Below, piece by piece: positions 10,727 through 18,836 of a stretch of DNA of 64,000 nt (position 1 is its first letter; each line of letters starts with the position of its first letter). Location: positions 1 through 64,000 of IMG/VR virus record IMGVR_UViG_3300046779_001754, one strand, 5' to 3'. The position numbers were made by a program, and so were the translations under genes. Below the pieces are notes generated by a model, which was given only the letters and a program-made list of their open reading frames with translations, had not been told where the DNA came from and ran no database searches. The DNA comes from a virus.

Positions 10727-11545
10727 ATGAAAACATATCGTACCATCTTTATCAGTGACGTTCACTTGGGTACTAAAGATTGCAAAGCCGAAGCTCTCAA
10801 TAATTTTCTAAAACATAACACCTGTGACACGCTGTATCTAGTTGGTGATATAATTGATGCCTGGAAGATAAAACAAAACAAATGGCGTTGGAAGCAAAGT
10901 CATACCAATGTAGTTCGTAGAATTCTAGGACATGCCAAACGCGATACCAGAGTAGTTTATGTACTAGGAAATCACGATGAATTTTTAAGACCATTCCTGC
11001 AGTACAATTTAAATTTTGGTATGGTTGAAATAACCAATCAAATTGAACATATAGGTGCAGATGGCCAACACTATCTAGTTGTACATGGAGATCTGTTTGA
11101 TGGAATCACTAGACTGGCACCATGGTTATCAATGTTAGGAGATCGTGCATATGATTTTATCCTCAGTCTTAACTCTAGATTTAATTGGCTGCGTCATAGG
11201 CTTGGTTTTGGTTATTGGAGTCTTTCTCTTTTTCTTAAGCATAGAGTCAAAAAAGCCGTAGACTTTATATTTCAATTTGAACGTAACTTAGCATTGTATT
11301 GTAAGAAGCGCGGATTTGATGGTGTAATATGCGGACACATACATCATGCAGAAATTAAACTCATAGACGGCGTTGTGTACATGAATGACGGTGACTGGGT
11401 TGAATCAATGACTGCTCTAGTAGAACACCACAGTGGCCGTTGGGAAATTGTAACTTGGATACGGGAGAAGGATGATGTGGTTGATGATATTGATAGCGGT
11501 CAACGCAAGCGATCCAAAGGACATTCCAGCAAAAGTAATGCTTGA
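10727..11545 (+). CDS. PlcP-like metallophosphoesterase (LpxH-like family, P-starvation phospholipase C)
   Basis: SDVHLG, LVGDIID, GNHD, HGDLFD, GHIH, NDGDWVES. Confidence 0.8.
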   Translation: MKTYRTIFISDVHLGTKDCKAEALNNFLKHNTCDTLYLVGDIIDAWKIKQNKWRWKQSHTNVVRRILGHAKRDTRVVYVLGNHDEFLRPFLQYNLNFGMVEITNQIEHIGADGQHYLVVHGDLFDGITRLAPWLSMLGDRAYDFILSLNSRFNWLRHRLGFGYWSLSLFLKHRVKKAVDFIFQFERNLALYCKKRGFDGVICGHIHHAEIKLIDGVVYMNDGDWVESMTALVEHHSGRWEIVTWIREKDDVVDDIDSGQRKRSKGHSSKSNA

Positions 11546-11645
11546 ATTTCCCGATCAGATTACTTGTGAGCATAGTCGACAGTCAATTAGCTATTGGATT
11601 AAATTTGATAACTTTAAGGTTGAAGCTAAATGCGTGAAGAAATGA
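11472..11645 (+). CDS. 57-aa protein with hydrophobic N-terminus and two Cys (not in ORF track)
   Basis: GGAG SD; MMWLMILIAVNASDPKDIPAK...TCEH...AKCVKK; ATGA overlap with the glycosyltransferase. Confidence 0.65.
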   Translation: MMWLMILIAVNASDPKDIPAKVMLEFPDQITCEHSRQSISYWIKFDNFKVEAKCVKK

Positions 11646-12355
11646 TCAAACTTAGTGATCTAATTACTATTGTTGTTCCTTGTAAAAATGAAGAAAATTA
11701 CATTCACCATCTATTAGATTCCTTACGCCTACAAGATATTGGCGGCACTAGAATAATAATTGCAGACTGTTCTACAGATAATACCAGACAAGTTATAAGA
11801 GACAATAGTGCTTTTTTGAATGTAGAAATCATTGAAGGAGGTCCTGTGAGTGTGGCAAAGAATCGCGGAGCTCAATTGGTCACTACACCTTATATTTTGT
11901 TCATTGATGCTGACGTGAGGTTCTTCAATCCCGCTGTTATAAAAGACGCTGTGTTTGCTGTCGAATCAAACAAGTTAGATCTAATTGGGTTGAACATCAA
12001 GTGCTACGACGGTGATTGGAGAACCGTAGTTGGCTTTGCTGCATTTAACTTTGTCAACAACATTTTAAAGCATTTTGCACCGTTTGCTGTGGGTGCGTTT
12101 ATGCTTACCCGCAGGGATAGATTTGAGGAGTATGGTGGATTTCCTGAGAGATTTTCAACCTCAGAAGATTACTTTCTATCTAGACGCTACAGTCCAAAAA
12201 AGTTTCAAATCATCAATCATTACTTTGGACAGGACAGCCGCAGATTTAGAAAAATGGGTTATTTTGGCATGGCTGCATATTTGATCAAAAACTTCATCAA
12301 TCGCAACAATCAATCTTATTGGGACAGCATAGACAACAGCAGATACTGGGCGTAA
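11642..12355 (+). CDS. glycosyltransferase family 2
   Basis: IVVPCKNEE, DCSTDNT, AKNRGA, FIDAD, ED motif. Confidence 0.93.
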   Translation: MIKLSDLITIVVPCKNEENYIHHLLDSLRLQDIGGTRIIIADCSTDNTRQVIRDNSAFLNVEIIEGGPVSVAKNRGAQLVTTPYILFIDADVRFFNPAVIKDAVFAVESNKLDLIGLNIKCYDGDWRTVVGFAAFNFVNNILKHFAPFAVGAFMLTRRDRFEEYGGFPERFSTSEDYFLSRRYSPKKFQIINHYFGQDSRRFRKMGYFGMAAYLIKNFINRNNQSYWDSIDNSRYWA

Positions 12356-12387
12356 ATGATCGATAAATATGTACATTAAGGTGATAT

Positions 12388-12513
12388 ATGGATCTGAAAA
12401 AGAACCCCCGTTGGACTAACGCTGCTGAAATTTTTGACATGGTTTTACGAGTTTGCTGGTTTATACTGCTAGTGACTTGGATTCTAGGCGAGCATAAATT
12501 AATTATTCAATAA
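12388..12513 (+). CDS. 41-aa putative membrane peptide (not in ORF track)
   Basis: AAGGTG SD; MDLKKNPRWTNAAEIFDMVLRVCWFILLVTWILGEHKLIIQ. Confidence 0.55.
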   Translation: MDLKKNPRWTNAAEIFDMVLRVCWFILLVTWILGEHKLIIQ

Positions 12514-12514
12514 A

Positions 12515-13153
12515 ATGCCCCCAAAAATTGCTTTGTTTGTACATCAACCACGATGCTCAGTGCAAAGCATAAACGGTATCATACGAGCTCTAACACCGCA
12601 TTACACGTTTAAAATTTTCACACGTCATGACTTAGAATCTGACTTTTTCAACGACGTTGACATGGTCTGCTTTCCCGGCGGCATAGGTGAATCAGACAGC
12701 TATGATTATCTAATGAAGATTCACGCCCAAAACATACGCAATTACGTGGCATCTGGGGGTAGATATCTAGGTATATGCATGGGAGCGTACTGGGCCGATA
12801 CTGACTATTTCGGTTTGCTTGATAACATTAGAGTAATTCAATATATCAAAAGCCCCGGCACCGATACTCGTAGACCACACGCCAAAGAGATGCCAGTGAG
12901 CTGGCGCGGACACGCAACTTCAATGTATTTTTACGATGGCTGCACCTACAATGGAACTGGTTACTGTGACAGAGTGGCCTGGTATCCCAACGGAGATCCC
13001 ATGGCCATCATACAAGATCGAGTGGGATTGTTGGGTTGTCATCCTGAAGCTGACCAACATTGGTACAATAGTTATACATGGATGCGACGTCGTTGGCATG
13101 GCGGCCGGCACAGTTATTTGCTCGAATTTGTTGACTCCTTGATGCAAAACTGA
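12515..13153 (+). CDS. class I glutamine amidotransferase-like (BPL_N-type) protein
   Basis: FPGG, YLGICMGAY nucleophile elbow, HPE. Confidence 0.8.
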   Translation: MPPKIALFVHQPRCSVQSINGIIRALTPHYTFKIFTRHDLESDFFNDVDMVCFPGGIGESDSYDYLMKIHAQNIRNYVASGGRYLGICMGAYWADTDYFGLLDNIRVIQYIKSPGTDTRRPHAKEMPVSWRGHATSMYFYDGCTYNGTGYCDRVAWYPNGDPMAIIQDRVGLLGCHPEADQHWYNSYTWMRRRWHGGRHSYLLEFVDSLMQN

Positions 13154-13159
13154 TATAAT
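13131..13159 (+). promoter_or_regulatory. sigma70 promoter for the tRNA(CUA) unit
   Basis: TTGACT-17-TATAAT with extended -10 TG. Confidence 0.8.
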
Positions 13160-13167
13160 TACTATAT

Positions 13168-13243
13168 GCGTTAGATGCTAATTGGGAATAGCCGGAGCTT
13201 CTAAACCTCCTTACAGCAGGTTCGAATCCTGTCTAACGCACCA
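13168..13243 (+). tRNA. amber suppressor tRNA (anticodon CTA)
   Basis: GCGTTAG/CTAACGC acceptor stem; GGAGC-TTCTAAA-CCTCC arm centres on CTA (C31:C39 mismatch); T-arm and CCA intact. Confidence 0.75.
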
Positions 13244-13249
13244 GATTTT

Positions 13250-13346
13250 AAGCCGGACCCGTAACCATATTCCGGCTCCGCTGACGCGAAAACGGGATGG
13301 GCTGCGCTCACGGGGTTTGGTAGTTTCCTGACACAAAAATAACTAC
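13250..13346 (+). ncRNA. candidate structured non-coding RNA
   Basis: GC-rich; hairpins AGCCGGA/TCCGGCT, CCG/CGG and GTAGTT/AACTAC, plus possible pseudoknots. Confidence 0.45.
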
Positions 13347-13362
13347 TTTTTAGGAAACCGAA

Positions 13363-13536
13363 GTGCGCTACTTAATAATTTTATTATTATTGGCAGGATG
13401 CTCAAGCAAGTTTGAAGATTGTATTGAGCGTGAAAAAGAAGCATTTAGACAAAGAAATCCCAGTGCTTCGTATGGACTCGTAAACTCCAAGTATCGCGAG
13501 TTCGAAACAGCATGTTCTAACTTTAAAGGAAAATAA
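13363..13536 (+). CDS. 57-aa lipoprotein (not in ORF track)
   Basis: AGGA SD, GTG start, MRYLIILLLLAG-C lipobox. Confidence 0.75.
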   Translation: MRYLIILLLLAGCSSKFEDCIEREKEAFRQRNPSASYGLVNSKYREFETACSNFKGK

Positions 13537-13537
13537 A

Positions 13538-14104
13538 ATGTCATAGATTGAATACGCATGTAGAGACCTAGTGTTTCATTTCAACAAGAAACATCTAGAA
13601 GATAATACCATTCCAATGTGGGTCGTAAAAACACACGGTGAAACTTTTTACGTAGACCACGTCACTGCTTCAATACCATGGAGTACCAAAGAGACTCCAG
13701 ACAACTCCCATACCAAAGGTAGTATCAAGTTCCGAGAATGCTTATTGACCATCAACGGGGACAATGAAGCTGAAATCTCAACCTTGACTATCATTGACAA
13801 GATACGACTACGTAATCAAAAGCTGGGAATTACTAGGATTATTTTTAGCTATGGAAGTAAGTTTCACGAATCTCTAAAACAAAACGAGTTTAAACATTCG
13901 CCATTTAAAAACGTAAGAGGCGGCTGTGGCACTAGTTTTGTAGTTTGTGACTTGTTGAAAAAGGACGAAGCTACATTTGCTACTCTCAAGTACAAAGATG
14001 GTTTTAGAATTATGAAACCCAACGAGACTTACTATCAGGCCTACGATAGTAAAGAAGTGTACATCGACGAGGATGATTATGCCCACGATGAAGACTTTGA
14101 ATAA
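13538..14104 (+). CDS. hypothetical protein with in-frame TAG at codon 3 (readthrough candidate; ORF track starts it at GTG 13571)
   Basis: AAAGGA SD, then ATG TCA TAG ATT GAA TAC GCA TGT AGA GAC CTA GTG..., in frame with the 177-aa ORF. Confidence 0.7.
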
Positions 14105-14113
14105 ATTTTTTCT

Positions 14114-14189
14114 ATTATAGCCATTAAAAAATACCATAGCAAAAACCTATGAAAAACCGTTGACAATAGGTTTTTTAAGGATATATAAT
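14114..14189 (+). promoter_or_regulatory. OxyR/LysR-like box and sigma70 promoter of ahpC
   Basis: ATAG-N7-CTAT at 14136-14150; TTGACA-18-TATAAT 14160-14189; inverted repeat AAAAACCTAT/ATAGGTTTTT. Confidence 0.6.
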
Positions 14190-14223
14190 TGCAGTGCAAC
14201 ATAAATTTTTTTTAGGAGATAAT

Positions 14224-14757
14224 ATGAAAACAGTAGGCGATAAAATTGAGAAGTTTGCCGTAACAGGCGTTAATCCAGGTAAAGATGATTTCTTTACCAT
14301 CACTGATGAATCATTTGCTGGCAAGTGGAAAGTGATTGTGTACTATCCAAAAGATTTTACATTCGTTTGCCCAACTGAAATTGTAGCATACGACAAGTTA
14401 TTCTCGGACTTTGCTGACCGTGACGCAGTATTGCTAACTGGTTCAACAGACAACGAGTTCTGCAAACTGGCATGGCAAAAGGCTCATGAAGATTTAAGCA
14501 AGATTAAGCATATTCAGTTTGCAGACACACAGCGTGGCGAACTAAGCCTGATCGAACAACTCGGTGTGTTCTATGCTCCAGCAGGTGCAGCACTTCGCGC
14601 AACATTCATCGTTGATCCGGACAACGTTATACAGCACGTTACGGTCAACAACTTGAACGTTGGTCGTAGTCCAGAAGAAACACTACGTATTCTTGACGCA
14701 TTACAAACTGGCGAGCTTTGTGCATGTAATCGTACTGTCGGCGGCGAAACTCTATAA
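14224..14757 (+). CDS. ahpC: peroxiredoxin AhpC
   Basis: YPKDFTFVCPTE, LRATFIVDP, VGRSPEE; ATG with AGGAG SD. Confidence 0.96.
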   Translation: MKTVGDKIEKFAVTGVNPGKDDFFTITDESFAGKWKVIVYYPKDFTFVCPTEIVAYDKLFSDFADRDAVLLTGSTDNEFCKLAWQKAHEDLSKIKHIQFADTQRGELSLIEQLGVFYAPAGAALRATFIVDPDNVIQHVTVNNLNVGRSPEETLRILDALQTGELCACNRTVGGETL

Positions 14758-15044
14758 TGAAAACTCTATTAGTTTTAATATTAGTTACAAACCTAAGTTT
14801 GGCCAATGACGGAGAATCATTGGCCAAACAACGTGCCTGTTTAGGATGTCACACTACAAAGCACATTGGTATAAGTTATCCTCCTGCTTTTGAGAGAGTA
14901 GCCGAAAAGCATAAAGATAACAAAGACTATGTTAAAAATGTCATAAGAAATGGCAAAGGAAAAATGCCTGCTCACCCTACACTATCTGACGCAGAAATTA
15001 ATTTACTCGCAGACTATATTTTTACATTTAAGGAAACACAATGA
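14757..15044 (+). CDS. class I c-type cytochrome (c551/c552-like)
   Basis: Signal peptide, CLGCH haem motif, GKGKMP axial Met. Confidence 0.9.
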   Translation: MKTLLVLILVTNLSLANDGESLAKQRACLGCHTTKHIGISYPPAFERVAEKHKDNKDYVKNVIRNGKGKMPAHPTLSDAEINLLADYIFTFKETQ

Positions 15045-15553
15045 GTTGGATTGATACAATCAAAGAAAGTTTACCGGACTATGCCAAAGATACTAAACTT
15101 AATTTGGATGCTGTTATTAATCGTAGCAGTTTGGATGTTGTTGAGGCCAATGCCTGCGCTCTTTCAGCCGCTATGGCCACAGGCAATGGAAAACTCGTTG
15201 CATTTATACAGTCAGGTATGGAGGATACCACTGAGCGAGATGCGGCGTTGACCGCGGCTGCAATCATGGCGCAAAACAACATATGGTACCCTTATGTTGA
15301 AATGGCCGATGACAGTAATCTTACCGGATTACCAGCACAATTGCGCATGAATGCTATTGCCTCGCATGGTGGCACCACCAAGGCTCGTTTTGAAGCATAT
15401 AGTTTAGCTGCAAGTATTGTTGGTAAGTGTCATTTCTGTGTAAAAGCACACTATGAAACATTAAAGAAAGAAGGCTACACTGTGGAACAACTTCGTGACA
15501 TTGGTCGTATTGCTGCGGTGATAACATCGGTGGCTCGAGTTCTAAATAGTTAA
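15041..15553 (+). CDS. ahpD: alkylhydroperoxidase AhpD
   Basis: LPDYAKDTKLNL, CHFCVKAH; linked to ahpC. Confidence 0.93.
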   Translation: MSWIDTIKESLPDYAKDTKLNLDAVINRSSLDVVEANACALSAAMATGNGKLVAFIQSGMEDTTERDAALTAAAIMAQNNIWYPYVEMADDSNLTGLPAQLRMNAIASHGGTTKARFEAYSLAASIVGKCHFCVKAHYETLKKEGYTVEQLRDIGRIAAVITSVARVLNS

Positions 15554-15651
15554 TTAGGTTATTTTAATGATTATACGTATGCAGACGCAGTGCAACATAC
15601 CGTAAAATTGTGATACATATGATTGCATATGTTTTTTAAAGGAGAACTAAC

Positions 15652-15726
15652 ATGGCATGGACTACACCAGCAGCTCAAGATATGCGTTTTGGTTTTGAAA
15701 TCACAATGTATATTGCCAATCGCTAA
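15652..15726 (+). CDS. pqqA: PQQ precursor peptide PqqA (not in ORF track)
   Basis: AAGGAG SD; MAWTTPAAQDMRFGFEITMYIANR with ExxxY motif; followed by terminator. Confidence 0.95.
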   Translation: MAWTTPAAQDMRFGFEITMYIANR

Positions 15727-15742
15727 TCACTGGCATTGCACC

Positions 15743-15775
15743 AAACAGGCCAAAATACTTGGCCTGTTTTCTTTT
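15743..15775 (+). terminator. terminator overlapping a promoter (TTGGCC-17-TATAAT, 15759-15787)
   Basis: AAACAGGCCAA/TTGGCCTGTTT plus T-run. Confidence 0.75.
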
Positions 15776-15797
15776 GTGTAGTATAATAAGGTCTTTA

Positions 15798-15876
15798 GGG
15801 CCGGAAGCATAAACCTGGTATAGGCGCCCGACTCATAATCGGAAGACAGAGAGTTCAAATCTCTCCCGGCCCACCA
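15798..15876 (+). tRNA. tRNA with CAT anticodon (Ile2-like or elongator Met)
   Basis: GGGCCGG/CCGGCCC acceptor stem, CCGA-CTCATAA-TCGG, CCA. Confidence 0.85.
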
Positions 15877-15909
15877 AATATATAAGTAAATATCAGTTTA
15901 AGGAAAACC

Positions 15910-16146
15910 ATGTCAAGTGAAGATCACCACGGTTTAACCAGCGAAATAGCCGCTAGAAAAATTGGATTGTTTAACACAGTTCTTGTTGCATCGCGAAGAG
16001 TACGAGAACTCAAACACGGACACGCTTCGTTGATCAAACCTGACCGTCACGGCATTAACATCACCGCACTTCGCGAAATCGAAGAAGGTAAAATTGGTTC
16101 TGAGTATCTCTACAAAGATCCCGAAGTAACCAAAAAATCACGCTAA
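15910..16146 (+). CDS. rpoZ: RNA polymerase omega subunit-like protein
   Basis: F..VLVASRRVREL..G...ITALREIEEGKI matches the omega signature. Confidence 0.8.
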   Translation: MSSEDHHGLTSEIAARKIGLFNTVLVASRRVRELKHGHASLIKPDRHGINITALREIEEGKIGSEYLYKDPEVTKKSR

Positions 16147-16154
16147 GGAAAACA

Positions 16155-16328
16155 ATGTACAAACCAGGAAAAACCTTTAATATGTCTAAACCAACGAAAT
16201 GTCTGTTGGCTCGACATAGCGGCTCTCGCAGAGCTGACATCAAGGCGTCAATGATTCAAGCCGAAATTCAAAGTCGGATTCAGGTCAAGCGCGAACGCAA
16301 CAGGGATACCAACGATGCCCGATTATAA
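16155..16328 (+). CDS. 57-aa basic hypothetical protein (not in ORF track)
   Basis: AAGGA SD; [15 protein letters not shown]...MIQAEIQS; overlaps the ahcY start. Confidence 0.6.
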   Translation: MYKPGKTFNMSKPTKCLLARHSGSRRADIKASMIQAEIQSRIQVKRERNRDTNDARL

Positions 16329-17604
16329 AATTGCCGACATAGGACTTGCTGATTGGGGTCGACGAGAAATAGCAATAGCCGAACATGAGATGCCAGGACT
16401 GATGGCATTGAAACAAAAATACCAAGAAAGTCAACCTCTCAAGGGTGCCAGAATTGCCGGTAGTTTGCATATGACTATTCAAACCGCGGTGCTAGTTGAA
16501 ACCTTGATTGCATTGGGCGCCACAGTGCGTTGGTCAAGTTGCAACATATATTCCACACAAGATCATGCTGCTGCTGCCCTAGCAGCTCGAGGTATTCCGG
16601 TATTTGCCTGGAAAGGTGAAACTGAATCAGAGTATTGGTGGTGTATTGAGCAAACCCTGGAAGGCCCTGATGGTTGGCGTCCAAACCTGTTGCTTGACGA
16701 TGGACACGATTTAACTGCCTTTGTTCATGATCATAGACCTGAACTTATTGACGACATCGTCGGAGTCAGTGAAGAAACTACCACTGGTGTTCATAAGTTA
16801 ATAGAACGCATCAAGGAACGCACTCTCCTAATGCCAGCTATCAATGTCAACGATTCGGTGACTAAATCAAAGTTTGACAACTTATATGGTTGCCGCGAAA
16901 GTCTTGTGGACTCTATCAAACGTGCAACTGATGTCATGATTGCTGGCAAGATTGCTGTGGTAGCTGGCTATGGCGATGTGGGCAAAGGATCGGCCCAGGC
17001 CCTACGTGCATTGAGCGCACAGGTCTGGATCACTGAAATAGATCCCATCTGCGCACTACAAGCTGCCATGGAAGGCTATCGTATTGTCACAATGGATTAT
17101 GCCTGCGAACATGCTGACATCTTTGTCACTGCTACAGGCAACATCAATGTTATTGACTATGGTCATATGTTCCGAATGAAAAACAATGCCATTGTTTGCA
17201 ACATTGGACATTTTGATTCGGAGATTGATATTGCATCATTGAAAGACTGTCAATGGGATGAAATCAAACCCTTGGTAGATCACGTAACTATGCCAACAGG
17301 AAAGAAAATCATTGTGTTGGCCAAAGGCAGACTGGTTAACCTAGGCTGTGCCACGGGTCATCCCAGCTATGTCATGAGCACAAGTTTTGCCAATCAGGTT
17401 CTGGCTCAAATTGAACTTTGGCAGCATCCGAAGAAATACAACCAAATTGGCATTTATCTGTTGCCAAAACATGTGGATGAGGAGGTAGCGCGGTTGCATT
17501 TAAATCACGTTGGTGCTATACTAACAACTCTTACACAAGAGCAAGCCGAGTATATTGGCGTTGATATTAATGGACCGTTTAAATCAGACACGTATCGCTA
17601 TTAA
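16315..17604 (+). CDS. ahcY: S-adenosylhomocysteine hydrolase
   Basis: [45 protein letters not shown]. Confidence 0.99.
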   Translation: MPDYKIADIGLADWGRREIAIAEHEMPGLMALKQKYQESQPLKGARIAGSLHMTIQTAVLVETLIALGATVRWSSCNIYSTQDHAAAALAARGIPVFAWKGETESEYWWCIEQTLEGPDGWRPNLLLDDGHDLTAFVHDHRPELIDDIVGVSEETTTGVHKLIERIKERTLLMPAINVNDSVTKSKFDNLYGCRESLVDSIKRATDVMIAGKIAVVAGYGDVGKGSAQALRALSAQVWITEIDPICALQAAMEGYRIVTMDYACEHADIFVTATGNINVIDYGHMFRMKNNAIVCNIGHFDSEIDIASLKDCQWDEIKPLVDHVTMPTGKKIIVLAKGRLVNLGCATGHPSYVMSTSFANQVLAQIELWQHPKKYNQIGIYLLPKHVDEEVARLHLNHVGAILTTLTQEQAEYIGVDINGPFKSDTYRY

Positions 17605-17608
17605 TCCT

Positions 17609-17848
17609 ATGAGTAAACTTCAACTATTGCATCGCCCCTGGGTAGTTTTTGATCCTTACAACAAAGACCATAGAAAATACTACGCTGAGTTTGTGCAGTA
17701 TCGAACTTGGGGTCGTTGTCCTGTGCGCTTCTTTGTTGACGATGATTCCGGAGACCTGATTACTATGATCCAACGCAAGTTGGTGGACTATTATGTAACA
17801 CAGGAGTTCTTACGAAAACAACAAAAGTTGTTGAAAGTGCAAGCTTAA
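17609..17848 (+). CDS. hypothetical protein
   Basis: ATG after the ahcY stop, followed by terminator. Confidence 0.7.
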   Translation: MSKLQLLHRPWVVFDPYNKDHRKYYAEFVQYRTWGRCPVRFFVDDDSGDLITMIQRKLVDYYVTQEFLRKQQKLLKVQA

Positions 17849-17861
17849 CTGATTTGCAACT

Positions 17862-17885
17862 GGCCCTTGTACGCAAGGGCTTTTT
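17862..17885 (+). terminator. rho-independent terminator
   Basis: GCCCTTG-TACG-CAAGGGC plus T-run. Confidence 0.85.
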
Positions 17886-17886
17886 C

Positions 17887-17940
17887 TTGACCAATTATTT
17901 CCAATTTCGTACAATACGGGTATGGTGAACAACAAGGAGA
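17887..17940 (+). repeat. promoter/leader repeat, copy 1
   Basis: TTGACC-17-TACAAT-ACGGGTATGGTGAACAACAAGGAG. Confidence 0.85.
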
Positions 17941-17945
17941 AACAA

Positions 17946-18158
17946 GTGAATACAGTATTAGACCAGTTCCAGGAGTTGGGACTAAGTGCCAGTTTTCATT
18001 TTGCTGATGACAGCGGTCGAGAATGGGATTCAGCCCAGCGAGATAAACGTGCAGCAGAAGCGTTGTTTATTCAACATCCAGAACTTAGAGACGAAATGAT
18101 TGCAATGGCTCGCAAGTTTTTGTGGACCTTGGATGTTAAAAAGTTGTTAGATCAGTAA
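17946..18158 (+). CDS. hypothetical early protein
   Basis: GTG after the repeat SD. Confidence 0.7.
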   Translation: MNTVLDQFQELGLSASFHFADDSGREWDSAQRDKRAAEALFIQHPELRDEMIAMARKFLWTLDVKKLLDQ

Positions 18159-18168
18159 CAACTTTGAG

Positions 18169-18221
18169 TTGACCAATAACTGCCCGTTTGTTATAATACG
18201 GGTATAGTGAATAACAAGGAG
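18169..18221 (+). repeat. promoter/leader repeat, copy 2
   Basis: TTGACC-17-TATAAT-ACGGGTATAGTGAATAACAAGGAG. Confidence 0.85.
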
Positions 18222-18227
18222 CCCGAG

Positions 18228-18467
18228 ATGATACTAGCTGACGAACTTAATAAATTAGTAACACTTGACCGCAATCAACTCAGCGACATCCTTGCGCATA
18301 CCGGTTACTTTGGTATTGTTTTTAAATCTGTAAAGTTCCTGGGTCTTACCAACGGCGGTGATTTTTGCTACAGTGCAACCTACTTTGATGAAAGCGGCAC
18401 CGGCGAAGAAACTTGCAAAGTATTTGTTAGCAAAGATACAACAGGAAAAATCACAGCAGAGTTTTAA
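18228..18467 (+). CDS. hypothetical early protein
   Basis: ATG after the repeat SD. Confidence 0.75.
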   Translation: MILADELNKLVTLDRNQLSDILAHTGYFGIVFKSVKFLGLTNGGDFCYSATYFDESGTGEETCKVFVSKDTTGKITAEF

Positions 18468-18472
18468 ATCGG

Positions 18473-18525
18473 TTGGCCAATAAATCTCAATTTCGTATAA
18501 TATTGGTATAGTGAATAACAAGGAG
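18473..18525 (+). repeat. promoter/leader repeat, copy 3
   Basis: TTGGCC-17-TATAAT-ATTGGTATAGTGAATAACAAGGAG. Confidence 0.85.
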
Positions 18526-18531
18526 CCCCAA

Positions 18532-18831
18532 ATGTCCAAGCTTACCGCATATACTGTAGAGCTTTACAAATCAGATCGTCGTATTCGTAAAGACGAGCGG
18601 TATGGTCGTAATCGGGTAGGCATGCGTTTTGTTGAAGCAGTAGATTTTGCACCCAGCACCCCAGACTATATTAACACCGTTGTTGCAGATATGCAAAAAC
18701 GAGGTTTCATGGTCACTGTGTTTGAAACGTATGTTACCCGCAAGAACATGATATCAGGCAAAGAGTATCAAGAGCGTTATGACACTCCCAGCTATTGTTC
18801 ACCAAGTTCCGAACAATTTTGGAGTATGTAA
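18532..18831 (+). CDS. hypothetical early protein
   Basis: ATG after the repeat SD; C-terminal DTPSYCSPSSEQFWSM. Confidence 0.75.
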   Translation: MSKLTAYTVELYKSDRRIRKDERYGRNRVGMRFVEAVDFAPSTPDYINTVVADMQKRGFMVTVFETYVTRKNMISGKEYQERYDTPSYCSPSSEQFWSM

Positions 18832-18836
18832 GAGTG

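Noticed and set aside
13250-13346. HDV-like (theta) ribozyme or SAH riboswitch
   Set aside because: No P3/P1.1 arrangement after P1, no SAH consensus core, and it is 3 kb from ahcY
17887-18525. CRISPR array
   Set aside because: The repeats are promoters/leaders separated by ~250-nt ORFs; no cas genes in the window
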